From NCBI GenBank assembly GCA_964291405.2, contig OZ219926.1, positions 1,312,001 to 1,376,000 on the forward strand: a DNA stretch of 64,000 nt, given 5' to 3'. The notes beneath the pieces were generated by a model. The model saw only the letters and a program-made list of their open reading frames with translations, did not search any database and was not told where the DNA came from. Each line of letters begins with the position of its first letter. The first letter of the stretch is position 1. Positions 50,642-60,599 of the stretch are shown here, one piece after another. The stretch comes from Thermodesulfobacteriota bacterium (GTDB lineage Bacteria; Desulfobacterota; Binatia; Bin18). The position numbers and the translations under genes are program-made.

Positions 50642-51826
50642 ATGAGTCAAGAAGGAAAACCATTTCTGTTGCAGATGTCCGCGGATCACATGCTGGCCCA
50701 GGCGCGCGAGATGACCGGTATCGACATCATCGACGAGGCGGCCGTAGAACCGTTCCGGCTCTTACACACCGCATATAATACCGATGCCTGTCTGCATGAA
50801 CAGGGCGCGATCGCCATTGAAAAAAAATTATTGCGCCTGCTCTGTAATCGGTTACGGATGCAACGGGACTTTGCCCGGTATCCGGAAATTGCCGAGATCG
50901 AGATTCAAAATCCGGCCTTTGTCTATGGCCAGCTGCGAAGCGGCACCACAAAGATACAGAAGCTCCTGGCAGCCTCCGGTGATTTTCACTATCTCCCCTT
51001 CTGGTGGACGTATAATCCGTCGCTGATCACCGGGTCCATGACGGAGTCACCGCAACCCCGGATTGATGAAGCGGACGCATTTATCCGCTGGTTCGATAGC
51101 ATGTCTCCAGATGCCAAGTTGGGGCACCGTTTTCAAACCTTTGAACCGGAGGAGGAAAGTCTCTTACTCGAACACAGCCTGGTCAGCGGCGTATTCATCG
51201 CGTTCAATACGATGAGCAGTTATATGCAGTGGTTTGCCACCCAGAACCCGACCATGACCGTCGAATACCTGCGCGATATGCTGAAATACCTGCAATGGCA
51301 ATCGGGTGAAAACAAACCCTGGGTCCTAAAAAGTCCGCTGTGGTGCGGCCTGGAACCGTTTATTATTGATGTCTTTCCGGATGCCCGCCTGCTCATGACC
51401 CATCGCACTCCGCACAAGACCATCCCCAGCCTGTTCCGCTTACTGGACACCTTTCACGCCCCGTTTTCCGACAAGCCCCCGGAGTATGAAACGCTCAGAA
51501 TGGGGCTCGCGATGGGCATGGAGCAGCATCTCAAGGTCCGGCAAAGCCGGCCAGACATCAAGATTCTGGACATTCCCTATAATGAAGTCACCGGCCCCAG
51601 TGAGGACGCGGTCACAAAGATCTATAACTTCTGTGGCATGCCCTTGCGTGAGGAGGCCCTACAAAACATACGCAACTGGGAGGCGGCGAATCCCATCCAC
51701 AAATTAGGCGCGTTCACCTATGATCAGGCGGACTATCAGCTGACACAAGACCTGATTAACCGGGACTTCGGCTCTTATTTGGAGTTCCTCAACAGCACGT
51801 TTCCTACAATCTCGAACGCTCAATAA
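50642..51826 (+). CDS. sulfotransferase (Sulfotransfer_3 / mycobacterial Stf-like)
   Basis: PAPS loop YGQLRSGTT, PEEE, LKYLQWQ, WVLKSP, FPDARL..THR.P. Confidence 0.88.
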   Translation: MSQEGKPFLLQMSADHMLAQAREMTGIDIIDEAAVEPFRLLHTAYNTDACLHEQGAIAIEKKLLRLLCNRLRMQRDFARYPEIAEIEIQNPAFVYGQLRSGTTKIQKLLAASGDFHYLPFWWTYNPSLITGSMTESPQPRIDEADAFIRWFDSMSPDAKLGHRFQTFEPEEESLLLEHSLVSGVFIAFNTMSSYMQWFATQNPTMTVEYLRDMLKYLQWQSGENKPWVLKSPLWCGLEPFIIDVFPDARLLMTHRTPHKTIPSLFRLLDTFHAPFSDKPPEYETLRMGLAMGMEQHLKVRQSRPDIKILDIPYNEVTGPSEDAVTKIYNFCGMPLREEALQNIRNWEAANPIHKLGAFTYDQADYQLTQDLINRDFGSYLEFLNSTFPTISNAQ

Positions 51827-51917
51827 GCAATGAAGGCCGTGGGACCGGGTGATACGGGCTCTTGCAAAGACAAACCCGGTGTGACACCATCGGCTATCTT
51901 TAACTGGAGGGCATGTT

Positions 51918-53183
51918 ATGGGGCTTAATACCATCGAGAACAACGCTGTAGGGGTTAATTCGTCGGCCTATGTGCCTTCTCTCCAGCTCACCGCCGGGCA
52001 GCCGGCACCCATCGCGGCGAACGGCGGTTTGTCCTACATGTCGTTCGATCAGGACGGGGATGCGGGAACCGCGGCGGCGATGGAGGCGGCGATCCGCCAG
52101 GTTGCCGAGGGCGAAGGGCAAGCGGTCATCGACATGATCGAGAACGCCCCTCCCGGCCCGATCGAGACCAGGTGGGGTCTTGGGTTTCGGAGCTACGACG
52201 AGTGCCTGGACTATATTCGGGCGAACAACATCCAGGCTCCCGAAGGCGGCGTCGCACTGCCGTTGCGCTACACGGTCTACGAGCAGCCGTCCTACTCGGT
52301 CGTCTCGTCCAACGCCATCTGGCGGGACCCGGCGCGCGCGGATGTGGCCAAAATGTTTCGCCAGGAAGAGCAGGAGATCGGGCGGAGAGGTCTCTATTTC
52401 CCGCAAATCCTGCGCGACGCGCGCCGGATGGCAGAGTACTACCCCGGTCTCTCGCCCACGAGCCCCGAGTGTATGGACAAGCTCGGCGTCTCGCTCGCCC
52501 ACTGCGAATCGAAATGCCAGAATTTCTACGACGCCGCCGAGGTGGAGCGCGTCTTCTACCCGGAGATCGAGAAACTCCTGCTCGATTTCTTCCCCGGTGC
52601 AACGGATGCACTCGTGTATAACCACGACGTGTTTGACAAGGACTACACGGGCCCCGTCAAGGAAGATCAGGACAACAAGGACCCGGGGGTCAACACCTTC
52701 TACGCCAACATCGTGCATAACGACCTGAACGACAACAGCGGCCGCGTGCGGTGCCGCGAACTGCTGACGAAGAACCTGCGCAACTTTGGGCGCCGGCAGC
52801 ACTACACCGAGGCGGAGGCCGACGCAAAGATGTCGCGGCGGTTCATGTCGATCAACCTGGCCAAGCCGATGGAGACCGTGGGCCAGAACCCCTTTGTCCT
52901 GTGTGCCTGGCCGTCGTTTGCTGACCAGCCGTATATCACCAACTACCGCATCTACGACGACCGCGTGGGCGAGACCACCCGCTTCACCTACCGTCCCAAC
53001 CATGAGTGGTACTGGCTTCCGCAGCAGACGTCGACCGAAGTGTCGATGCTCAAGTGTTACGACTCGGTGACCGACGGCTCGGTGTCGCGGTGGTCGTTCC
53101 ACTCGGCCTGCATCGACCCGACCGCGCCCAAGGACGCCCCGTGCCGCAAGAACGTGGTCGTCCGCTCCTATATCTTCTTCTAG
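51918..53183 (+). CDS. CmcJ/NvfI-family oxidoreductase with N-terminal extension
   Basis: FYPEIE.LL, VYNH, VHND, RRF..IN..KP...V..NP, Y.DRVGE, P.HEWY..P.Q...EV..LKCYDS, HSA..DP..P.DAP.R..V.VR. Confidence 0.8.
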   Translation: MGLNTIENNAVGVNSSAYVPSLQLTAGQPAPIAANGGLSYMSFDQDGDAGTAAAMEAAIRQVAEGEGQAVIDMIENAPPGPIETRWGLGFRSYDECLDYIRANNIQAPEGGVALPLRYTVYEQPSYSVVSSNAIWRDPARADVAKMFRQEEQEIGRRGLYFPQILRDARRMAEYYPGLSPTSPECMDKLGVSLAHCESKCQNFYDAAEVERVFYPEIEKLLLDFFPGATDALVYNHDVFDKDYTGPVKEDQDNKDPGVNTFYANIVHNDLNDNSGRVRCRELLTKNLRNFGRRQHYTEAEADAKMSRRFMSINLAKPMETVGQNPFVLCAWPSFADQPYITNYRIYDDRVGETTRFTYRPNHEWYWLPQQTSTEVSMLKCYDSVTDGSVSRWSFHSACIDPTAPKDAPCRKNVVVRSYIFF

Positions 53184-53346
53184 GGAGACAACCCGACGTA
53201 GCGCTCTCCTCGCTGCGTCGGGGAGATCAGGGACGTAGCAATCTTTTACCCGGTGGGTGAGTGCCGGTTGCCAACGCGCCGCCCCCACTCGCCCGCGCTG
53301 ACAGATTTTCCGGTTCGAGGTATTCACCGCATCTTAGAGGGACAAA

Positions 53347-54525
53347 TTGACGACATACGAACCTTTCACGGTCGACATTCCGGAAACGGCTCTCGTAGAT
53401 CTTCGCGAACGTCTGCAACGGACTCGACTGGCACCGGAGTTCGCGAACGATGATTGGCGCTTCGGCACGAATGGGGCCTATTTGCAGGAACTGCTGGACT
53501 ATTGGGCGACAGATTTCGACTGGCGCGCACAAGAAGCCGCGATCAACCAGTTTTCGAACTACAAAACGACGATTGACGGTGTTCCTATCCACTTCATCTA
53601 TGAAAAAGGCAAGGGTCCGAACCCGACGCCGCTGATATTAAGCCATGGCTGGCCTTGGACGTTCTGGGATTGGCACAAAGTTATCGGTCCGCTCACTGAT
53701 CCCGCGGCCTACGGTGGCGATCCAGCAGATTCATTTGATGTCATCGTGCCGTCCCTGCCAGGCTTTGGTTTTTCGACACCACTTACGACGACCGGGTTCA
53801 ATTTCTGGCGCTCTGCTGATCTGTGGGTCTCACTCATGCGCGAGGTGCTGGGTTACGACAAATTTGCCGCCGGCGGAGGAGATTGGGGTTCGCTCACAAC
53901 CGCCCAACTGGGACACAAATACGCCGAGCACATGATCGGCGTGTACCTACTTTTGATGGCGCCGCTCACGCTCTTCAACGTGCCGCTCAGCACATTACCC
54001 GAAGAATCGGAGTTTTCCGCAGATGAAGCCGGTTGGTACGAACGAAACCAAGATTTTTTCACGGATGGAAGTGGCTATTCGGCCATTCAATCGACGAGAC
54101 CCCAGACTATTGCCTACGCAATGAACGACTCGCCCACCGGGTTATGCGCCTGGCTCCTGGAGAAACGCCGCAGTTGGAGCGATTGCGGCGGCAATGTCGA
54201 GAGCCGCTTCAGCAAAGATGACCTGCTGACGGGGATCAGTATCTACTGGTTCACCCAGTCGTATGGAACCTCGGCACGCTACTACTATGAGTGTACACAC
54301 AACCAGTGGCAGCCAGCGCATGATCGGACCCCGGTGGTCGAGGCCCCGGCCGGAGTTGGCGTGTTTTCAGAAGAGGCGTTCTTCATGCCACGGAGCTGGG
54401 CCGAGCGTTATTACAACCTTCAACATTGGACGATGATGAAACCTGGCGGGCACTTTGCGCCGATGGAAGAGCCACAGGCGCTTACTGAGGACATACGGAC
54501 GTTCTTTCGCTCATTGCGGGGATAG
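53347..54525 (+). CDS. epoxide hydrolase (EHN + alpha/beta hydrolase)
   Basis: FDWRAQE, HGWPWT, PSLPGFGFS, GGDWG, GGHFAPME. Confidence 0.95.
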   Translation: MTTYEPFTVDIPETALVDLRERLQRTRLAPEFANDDWRFGTNGAYLQELLDYWATDFDWRAQEAAINQFSNYKTTIDGVPIHFIYEKGKGPNPTPLILSHGWPWTFWDWHKVIGPLTDPAAYGGDPADSFDVIVPSLPGFGFSTPLTTTGFNFWRSADLWVSLMREVLGYDKFAAGGGDWGSLTTAQLGHKYAEHMIGVYLLLMAPLTLFNVPLSTLPEESEFSADEAGWYERNQDFFTDGSGYSAIQSTRPQTIAYAMNDSPTGLCAWLLEKRRSWSDCGGNVESRFSKDDLLTGISIYWFTQSYGTSARYYYECTHNQWQPAHDRTPVVEAPAGVGVFSEEAFFMPRSWAERYYNLQHWTMMKPGGHFAPMEEPQALTEDIRTFFRSLRG

Positions 54526-54712
54526 TGTCCGCCCAGAAACCGCGCTCAATAACGACGCCGAACGTAGTGCGCGCAACGCTTCAGCACGGAAAATTCATAC
54601 TCAAGCCCAACAGACCTACAAAACCAGTGAACGGGATCCCATCGGAACGAAATTGAGCGAAAGATCCAGAACAACCTGCTCAAGAGCGTCAGTGAGGAGG
54701 CGCGCTGCTCCG

Positions 54713-55159
54713 TCAGGCTAGGATGGCCTGAAATTCCTCCTCTGTTGGCTGGGTCTCAAACTTCGGAATCGCGGGGTTCATCGCATCCCACGGTTGGGCA
54801 CTGGCCGTCCAAATGTCGGCGGTAGGCCGAACCCAACTGGGATCGTCCAAGCTACCGACGCGGAGGGACATCATGGCGGGATACGCCGACGGGAGGGCGA
54901 CCAGCGGAGAGCTACACGTCGGACAGAAGCCATGGCGGACCGAGGTTCCGCGCTCCCCAACCGTCTCATAGTATTGAGGGCTCCCTTGGGTGAACTGCAC
55001 CTTGGCGGCAGGAACACCAACGACGGTACTGTGTGCGCTGCCCGTGATACGTTGGCAGTCACGACAGTGACAATTGAGAGACATCATAGGCTCAGCCGAA
55101 CAGGCATACCGAACCGCGCCACACGCGCACCCACCCGTAAAGGGAGTTGAAACCGGCAT
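54713..55159 (-). CDS. GFA/CENP-V family Zn protein
   Basis: TGGCACGAVRY, CHCRDCQ, FCPTCSSP, GSLDDP. Confidence 0.92.
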   Translation of the reverse strand: MPVSTPFTGGCACGAVRYACSAEPMMSLNCHCRDCQRITGSAHSTVVGVPAAKVQFTQGSPQYYETVGERGTSVRHGFCPTCSSPLVALPSAYPAMMSLRVGSLDDPSWVRPTADIWTASAQPWDAMNPAIPKFETQPTEEEFQAILA

Positions 55160-55312
55160 AATAGAACCCTCCTTTTGCCTACGGCCTTAGCAGGGTGGCG
55201 GGTGTGTCACAAGTCGAAAGGCGAAGGCGTTATTGGAAGCGCTGGCAGAAGCTGATTCTTGTCCTGACTTGTGGTAGATGAGGGTGAGAATACATTTTTG
55301 AGGGGCGCAAGG

Positions 55313-56251
55313 ATGACAACAGCACAGATCAATTATGCCATCCCGAACGCGGATGGCAGCCAGCGCTACGCGTATGACAACAGTTTTCAACCACTGCCGG
55401 CCGGGGTGACGCGGCGCAAGAATGGGGAATCGCAGACGTGTACCGTTGAGGTGCACGACGGCCGGACGTTGTCACCGCCCCCATCGTTAATGAGAAACGG
55501 CTATTGCCTGGCCCGGGATTTCGACACCGCACTCGATTTACAGAGCGAGGGCTTGGACTCCGAGAAGATCGTGCATACGTATTACCCCGAAATTCGCCAC
55601 CTCGTCACTGAAGCGCTTGGCGGTGCCGACGCGGTGAAACGCGCGATTGTTTTCGACCACACGATTCGCTCAAGGGTCCGAAGAGCCACAGGAGAAAAAG
55701 AGACCAACGGCGAGAACGTCGGCGGCTATGCGAGTGCGGCGCATAACGACAACACGAGTGCTTCGGCGAAAAATCGGGTGCGCTTATTGTCTCAAGCGAA
55801 AGCGGCAGGCGGGAGTTTGACCTTGCCCACACCGCCGGTAACGGAGCGCGAGGCGGAAGAAATCGTGTCCGGACGGTTTGGGATATTTAATGTCTGGCGG
55901 CATTTCCGCAAGGACTACCCAGTCTTGGATTACCCACTCGCGATACTCGATGCCCAATCTACCCGTCCGGAGGACTTCCTCGCCAGTCTCTATATTTATC
56001 CCGACCGAGTAGGGGAAGTGGTCAGTGTTGTCAGAAATCCCGAGCATCGTTGGATCTACTATAGCGAAATGCGTCATCACGAGGCTTTGATTTTTAAAGT
56101 GTTCGACTCTTCATCCGAACTCGGGGTGTGCACCGCCGAACAATGCCCGCCCAATACCGCGCATACCTCTTTTCGCCTCGCCGACTCGGATGCTTCCACA
56201 CCCGCGCGCGAATCGATTGAGTGCCGGGTTTTGGTGGAGTTTATGGCATAA
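55313..56251 (+). CDS. CmcJ/NvfI-family oxidoreductase
   Basis: V.VHDGR, YYPEI, VFDHTIR, AHND, RF...NVWR, PLA..DA.S, H.W.Y...M...E...FK.FDS, RESIECR. Confidence 0.88.
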   Translation: MTTAQINYAIPNADGSQRYAYDNSFQPLPAGVTRRKNGESQTCTVEVHDGRTLSPPPSLMRNGYCLARDFDTALDLQSEGLDSEKIVHTYYPEIRHLVTEALGGADAVKRAIVFDHTIRSRVRRATGEKETNGENVGGYASAAHNDNTSASAKNRVRLLSQAKAAGGSLTLPTPPVTEREAEEIVSGRFGIFNVWRHFRKDYPVLDYPLAILDAQSTRPEDFLASLYIYPDRVGEVVSVVRNPEHRWIYYSEMRHHEALIFKVFDSSSELGVCTAEQCPPNTAHTSFRLADSDASTPARESIECRVLVEFMA

Positions 56252-56337
56252 CTGATGATTTCGGGTGGAAACCGATGATTCCTGTAGCGACGTGTGGTAC
56301 GAGTGAGGATATCGTGATGAGTGCACACCACAGTGAC
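56243..56337 (-). mobile_element. IS6-family transposase N-terminal scar
   Basis: TRTTRRYRNHRFPPEIISYAI matches the IS6 N-terminal Y..HRFP.EII..A motif; gtcactgt at the outer end resembles an IS6 IR. Confidence 0.65.
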
Positions 56338-56423
56338 TCCTCACAGGGGAGTCACAATTTAACAATACTGTACGGTAAGGTAGCACGAGGGACCGCGCTC
56401 ACGCGCGGAAAGGAGGGTCTCAA

Positions 56424-57599
56424 ATGACATTGACCGCAACTGAACTCTATACCGGCAACTACGGTATCATGGACACGGACGGGCATATCATTGAACCGGC
56501 TGATCTGTGGACCGGCGACCTGATGGAAGCCAAGTATAAGGATCGGGGCCTCCGCTTCGGTCGGACTGCTGAGGGGCCGCATCTCCAGCTAGACGGGCAA
56601 TTCCTCCGAGGCAATGACCTCAAGAGTGTACAAGCGATCATGGGTATGGGTCGGACACTCACGGAGATGGAGGGATTAAAGATGGAATGGCCGGGGGACG
56701 CTGATCCAGCTGGCTACAACCCCACGGCGCGACTGGCCCGAGCGGACGCTGAGGGACTCAAATACACCGCTATCTTCACGTCCCTCGGGCTCCTGTGGAA
56801 CACCCACATCACGGATATTGAGTTGGCCCATGCAATGTGTAGGGCCTACAATCGGTGGGTGATTGACTTCTGCTCCGGGAGCAATGGCCGGCTTGTGCCG
56901 ATAGCGCATTGCTTTCTTGGGGACCCCAAGGTCGCCGCGGAAGATCTCACAGCAGCGGTGAAGGCAGGCGCCAAGGGTGCGATGATCGTGACCTTTAATA
57001 TCCGGAGATTACCCTTGGGGGATACGGAATGGGACCCCTTTTATGCCGCAGCGCAGGATCTGGATGTGCCTATTTGCATCCACGTGTCTGGCGAGCTCCG
57101 GGAGTATCGGCCGTTTACCAGAATCCAGCCTAAAATCCTGCATGACGGTGGACAATTTCTGATGTCCGTCCTGGGTGGCAGAGTGGCAATGGAAATCGCT
57201 CTCGTAGATATGTTTCAGTACGGGCTGTTCGAGCGCTTCCCGCGACTGCGCGTCGGCTTCTTTGAAGGAGGCGCGGGTTGGGTCCCCTCCTTGCTCGATA
57301 AGATGGAAGCGGTCTTCGATACCCAGGTCGGTGAGCGCAGCATCAAGCGAACCGCTCGACCGAAGGAGACGTTCGCTCAGCAATGCTTTGTGAGTGGCGA
57401 TCCAGACGAAACGGGGTGGGCAAAAACAATCGAAGACTTCGACTCCCATCAATTCGGCTGGGCGTCGGATTTTCCGCATCCGGACCACCCCGGAAACTAT
57501 ATGGAACATCTTGCTCACCTCGCCGGGAGCCTCCACACACCGGAAGCACGCAACGGCCTGTTAGGAGATGCTTCGGTCCGGTTTTTCGGGCTGGCTTGA
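56424..57599 (+). CDS. amidohydrolase_2 family metalloenzyme
   Basis: IMDTDGHIIEP, CRAYNRW, CIHV, FFEGGAGW, WASDFPHPD. Confidence 0.92.
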   Translation: MTLTATELYTGNYGIMDTDGHIIEPADLWTGDLMEAKYKDRGLRFGRTAEGPHLQLDGQFLRGNDLKSVQAIMGMGRTLTEMEGLKMEWPGDADPAGYNPTARLARADAEGLKYTAIFTSLGLLWNTHITDIELAHAMCRAYNRWVIDFCSGSNGRLVPIAHCFLGDPKVAAEDLTAAVKAGAKGAMIVTFNIRRLPLGDTEWDPFYAAAQDLDVPICIHVSGELREYRPFTRIQPKILHDGGQFLMSVLGGRVAMEIALVDMFQYGLFERFPRLRVGFFEGGAGWVPSLLDKMEAVFDTQVGERSIKRTARPKETFAQQCFVSGDPDETGWAKTIEDFDSHQFGWASDFPHPDHPGNYMEHLAHLAGSLHTPEARNGLLGDASVRFFGLA

Positions 57600-57700
57600 G
57601 GACGTCTACAGCACGCATTCGCCGGCAAGCCGCTGCACTTGCCGGTTTTTGTCAAAAGAATGTCCTGTCCTTGGGCACTGTCATACAGCTGAGGAACTCC

Positions 57701-58513
57701 ATGGCCAAACCTCGTTTCCCGACGGACGGTCCACTCCGCCTGTACTACCACCACACCAGCAGCGCCTCGATGCGCGTGACGCTGTATTTACGGTGTCGTG
57801 GCGTGCTGTCTTCGCAAGTCACCCTGGTGAGTACGGGTTTCGGCACCGATGACCGCGGTATCCCCGTTTACAGCATGCCGAAAAACGATCCCGAAACGGA
57901 GCGGCTGGGTACGGCGGATCTGAAGGCATTCAACCCGGAGGGGCGCGTCCCCGTACTGTTGCTGCCGGACGGAAGAACGATGACGCAATCGGGTCCGATC
58001 ATCGAGCTGATCGAAGACTGGTTCGATCATGACGGCCCGCCGCTGTTGCCTGCTGACCCCTGGCTGCGGGCGCAGGTTCGCCGCATCATGTGGATCATTG
58101 CTGCCGATACCCAGCCGTATCAGAATATCCCGTTTATTATCCAGGCAATCGGCGAATGGGGTATGACCAAAGCACCTCCGACGGAGCATCCGCTCCGGCT
58201 GCACTTCATCCGCCGTGAATTCGGGGCCATCGAACACATCATGTCGCAGTGTGCAGGGAAATTCTCTGTCGGCGACTCGATCACCTACGCCGACTGCTTC
58301 ATCGTCCCTCAGATACGAAACGCGCTGCTGGCAGGCATTGACCTGCCTCATGAGTTCCCAACGCTGAACCGCGTGTGGGAAAACATGCTGGCCGTGCCCG
58401 AAGTCCACGCGGTTCTGGACCAGGCTGGCGGTGTAGTTCAACCGCTATTTTTCGATAAGGAAAAATTCGAAGTCTACGCTGACAACGCCAAACCCGAGGC
58501 GGGGTTGTCGTGA
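57701..58513 (+). CDS. zeta-class GST (maleylacetoacetate/maleylpyruvate isomerase-like)
   Basis: LYY..TSSASMRV, NPEGRVPVL, TQSGPIIE, LLPADP, DTQPYQN, GDSITYAD...VPQ; gagg RBS before ATG 57701. Confidence 0.85.
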   Translation: MAKPRFPTDGPLRLYYHHTSSASMRVTLYLRCRGVLSSQVTLVSTGFGTDDRGIPVYSMPKNDPETERLGTADLKAFNPEGRVPVLLLPDGRTMTQSGPIIELIEDWFDHDGPPLLPADPWLRAQVRRIMWIIAADTQPYQNIPFIIQAIGEWGMTKAPPTEHPLRLHFIRREFGAIEHIMSQCAGKFSVGDSITYADCFIVPQIRNALLAGIDLPHEFPTLNRVWENMLAVPEVHAVLDQAGGVVQPLFFDKEKFEVYADNAKPEAGLS

Positions 58514-58534
58514 TGAATCGTCACAGATCCTCAA

Positions 58535-59736
58535 CTACGCTTCGCTAACGACACGGCTCGCGGCTTCGACGGCCCCTTCGCCATGGGGGATGTTCAGCGC
58601 TTTCAGACCTGCGTCGATCACCGCGAGCATGCCCAAGGTCATGTGCGCATTCACGTGACCCATGTGGGCGACGCGGAAGAAACCATGGTAGGCAGGGTCG
58701 GAAGGTTCCGCCATGCCCAGTCCGATGCCCAGGGTCACCCCGGACTTTTTTTCGGTCCAGCGTCTCAGCTCGGTGGCATGAGGGGCATCCATGGAAGCCG
58801 CAGTGACCGAGTGGGAACGGTCTTTTGGGTCGTTGATGTTAAGACGAATGGAACTGCCCATTCCCCAAGCATCGAACGCGGCCCAGACCGCTCGGCTGAG
58901 TTTCGCATGCCTGTCCCAAGCTGCCTCGAGTCCTTCCTCTTCCAGCAGCATAGTCAAAGCTTCACGCAGTCCAAAAAGATGGTGCGTCGGGGCGGTACCG
59001 AAAAAGTAGTGATAAAACACTTCCGGGTGGATTCGCGGACGGATATCCCAGTAAGGGGTAACCAGGTCCGCTTTCTTCCGAGCTTCGAGCACCCGTTGGT
59101 TGAAAAACATGAAACCCAGTCCCGGCGGAGTCATCAGGCCTTTCTGGCTGCCCGCCACCATCAGGTCTACGCCCCAGCTATCCATTTCAAAGGGTTCACA
59201 GGCCAAGCTGGCCATGGAGTCGACCATGTACAAGGCCGGGTGCCCGGAGGAACGGATGCACTCGCCCAGGGCGGCGAGATCATTTCTCACCGAACTGGCC
59301 GTGTCCGTTTGCACGACCAGAATCGCTTTGTAGCGACGGTTCGAATCGGCTTTCAGCTTGGCTTCTACCTGATCCAGGTCCACCGGAGCCGATTTGCCGA
59401 AATCCACCAGGTCGACCTCCACCCCGAGCCGTTCAGCCATGCTGGCCCAGAATACGACGAAGCGTCCCGTAGCCAGGGCGAGCACCCTGTCCCCGCGCGA
59501 GAGGATGTTGGTCAGGGCGGCCTCCCAGGTGCCGTGCCCGTTGGCGATGTAGATGGCGACTTCCCCGGAACTCCTGGCCACCCGGTTCAAATCTGGAATC
59601 ATGCCTTCCACCATTTCGTGGAGGGCGCGCCCTCATAGATATTCGGCGCGGCCTGGTGCATTGCCTGCAGGACGCGGTCCGGAATCACCGAAGGACCCGG
59701 AATAGCAAGATAGTGACGACCATGGCTTAATGACAT
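58535..59736 (-). pseudogene. class V PLP aminotransferase (serine-glyoxylate aminotransferase-like), frameshift near 59628
   Basis: Upstream frame MSLSHGRHYLAIPGPSVIPDRVLQAMH..PNIYEG joins the ORF; VDSMASL, GSQKGLMTPPGL, FRVAHMG. Confidence 0.88.
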
Positions 59737-59765
59737 CGAATTCCTTGCCTCTCTTTTTCTCTTTG

Positions 59766-60058
59766 TTACGCGGCTTCAAACTCTACTCTTTGGACATGTG
59801 AGAGATCTGTCGTTTTTCTGGTTTGCCACAAGCCATAGTTGTCCTGCATAGCCAGCCAGCTCTCCGGGGAACGACCCAAAGCCTTCGACAACCGCAATGC
59901 CATTTCCGGGCTGATAGCGCTCCGCCTATTAATGAGGCGAGTCAGCGTTGAAGGGACAACTCCTAAACTCGCCGCCAGTTACCGCATGCTTATGTCGAAC
60001 GGTTCAAGGTAGGTGGACCGAATAAACTCTCCGGGATGTGGGGGTTATACATAGTCAT
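59766..60058 (-). pseudogene. higA: HigA antitoxin pseudogene (1-nt deletion and in-frame TAA)
   Basis: MTMYNP[P]HPGEFIRSTYLEPFDISMR*LAASLGV...ISPEMALRLSKALGRSPESWLAMQDNY. Confidence 0.8.
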
Positions 60059-60165
60059 GAGTCATAATCCTCATAGTCTAATATGTGTATGTTTCCATCC
60101 TTAAACTCAAACGTAGGCCGCCAGTTACCGCTTGCCCATATTGACCAGCGACCCTTCAACTTTCC
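60055..60165 (-). pseudogene. higB: HigB toxin C-terminal remnant
   Basis: GKLKGRWSIWASGNWRPTFEFKDGNIHILDYEDY; N-terminal half missing. Confidence 0.75.
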
Positions 60166-60326
60166 AGCCTCCCCGAGATCGCTTCGGGCAGAGAGTATCA
60201 GCAAAGCTGAGAAAGGGAAATTTTCTAAACCTGAAGAAACATGCAACGTCTCTCATTTTCTTGGGCTTATTGAATTAACGGCACCAACGCACGTGGGATA
60301 GTCCTTGACCCCCAATGCATGCTGTT

Positions 60327-60599
60327 TTAGAAGCCATCTGGTTCAAAAATTGAAGTTGCCTGAGTGGGGAAGATGCGCAGGTCGGACCAGCTCGCACGCA
60401 ACTGTTTACTGCAGTCCTTGCCCGAAAACGGCTCAGTCGCGTAAAGGACATGGACCTCGACTCCCGCTGGCATCTCCCTCAGGAGGCGCAGCAGGGCTTC
60501 CCCGCCGCTGCCTTGACCCACCAGCAAGTGGTATAGACCACTGGGATCAGGCTTAAGAGTCGTGTAGACCGGCTTACTCTTGATGCCTGTGACTAACAT
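60327..60599 (-). pseudogene. N-terminal fragment of a DmmA-like (dimethylamine monooxygenase subunit) protein
   Basis: MLVTGIKSKPVY..L..D.SG..HL.VG.G.GG.A resembles the DmmA N-terminus as recalled; only 90 aa. Confidence 0.5.

Noticed and set aside
51900-53327. 475-aa antisense ORF (and similar ones at 2729-3736, 17809-18891, 58583-59638)
   Set aside because: Shadow ORFs opposite well-supported high-GC3 genes; no recognisable motifs
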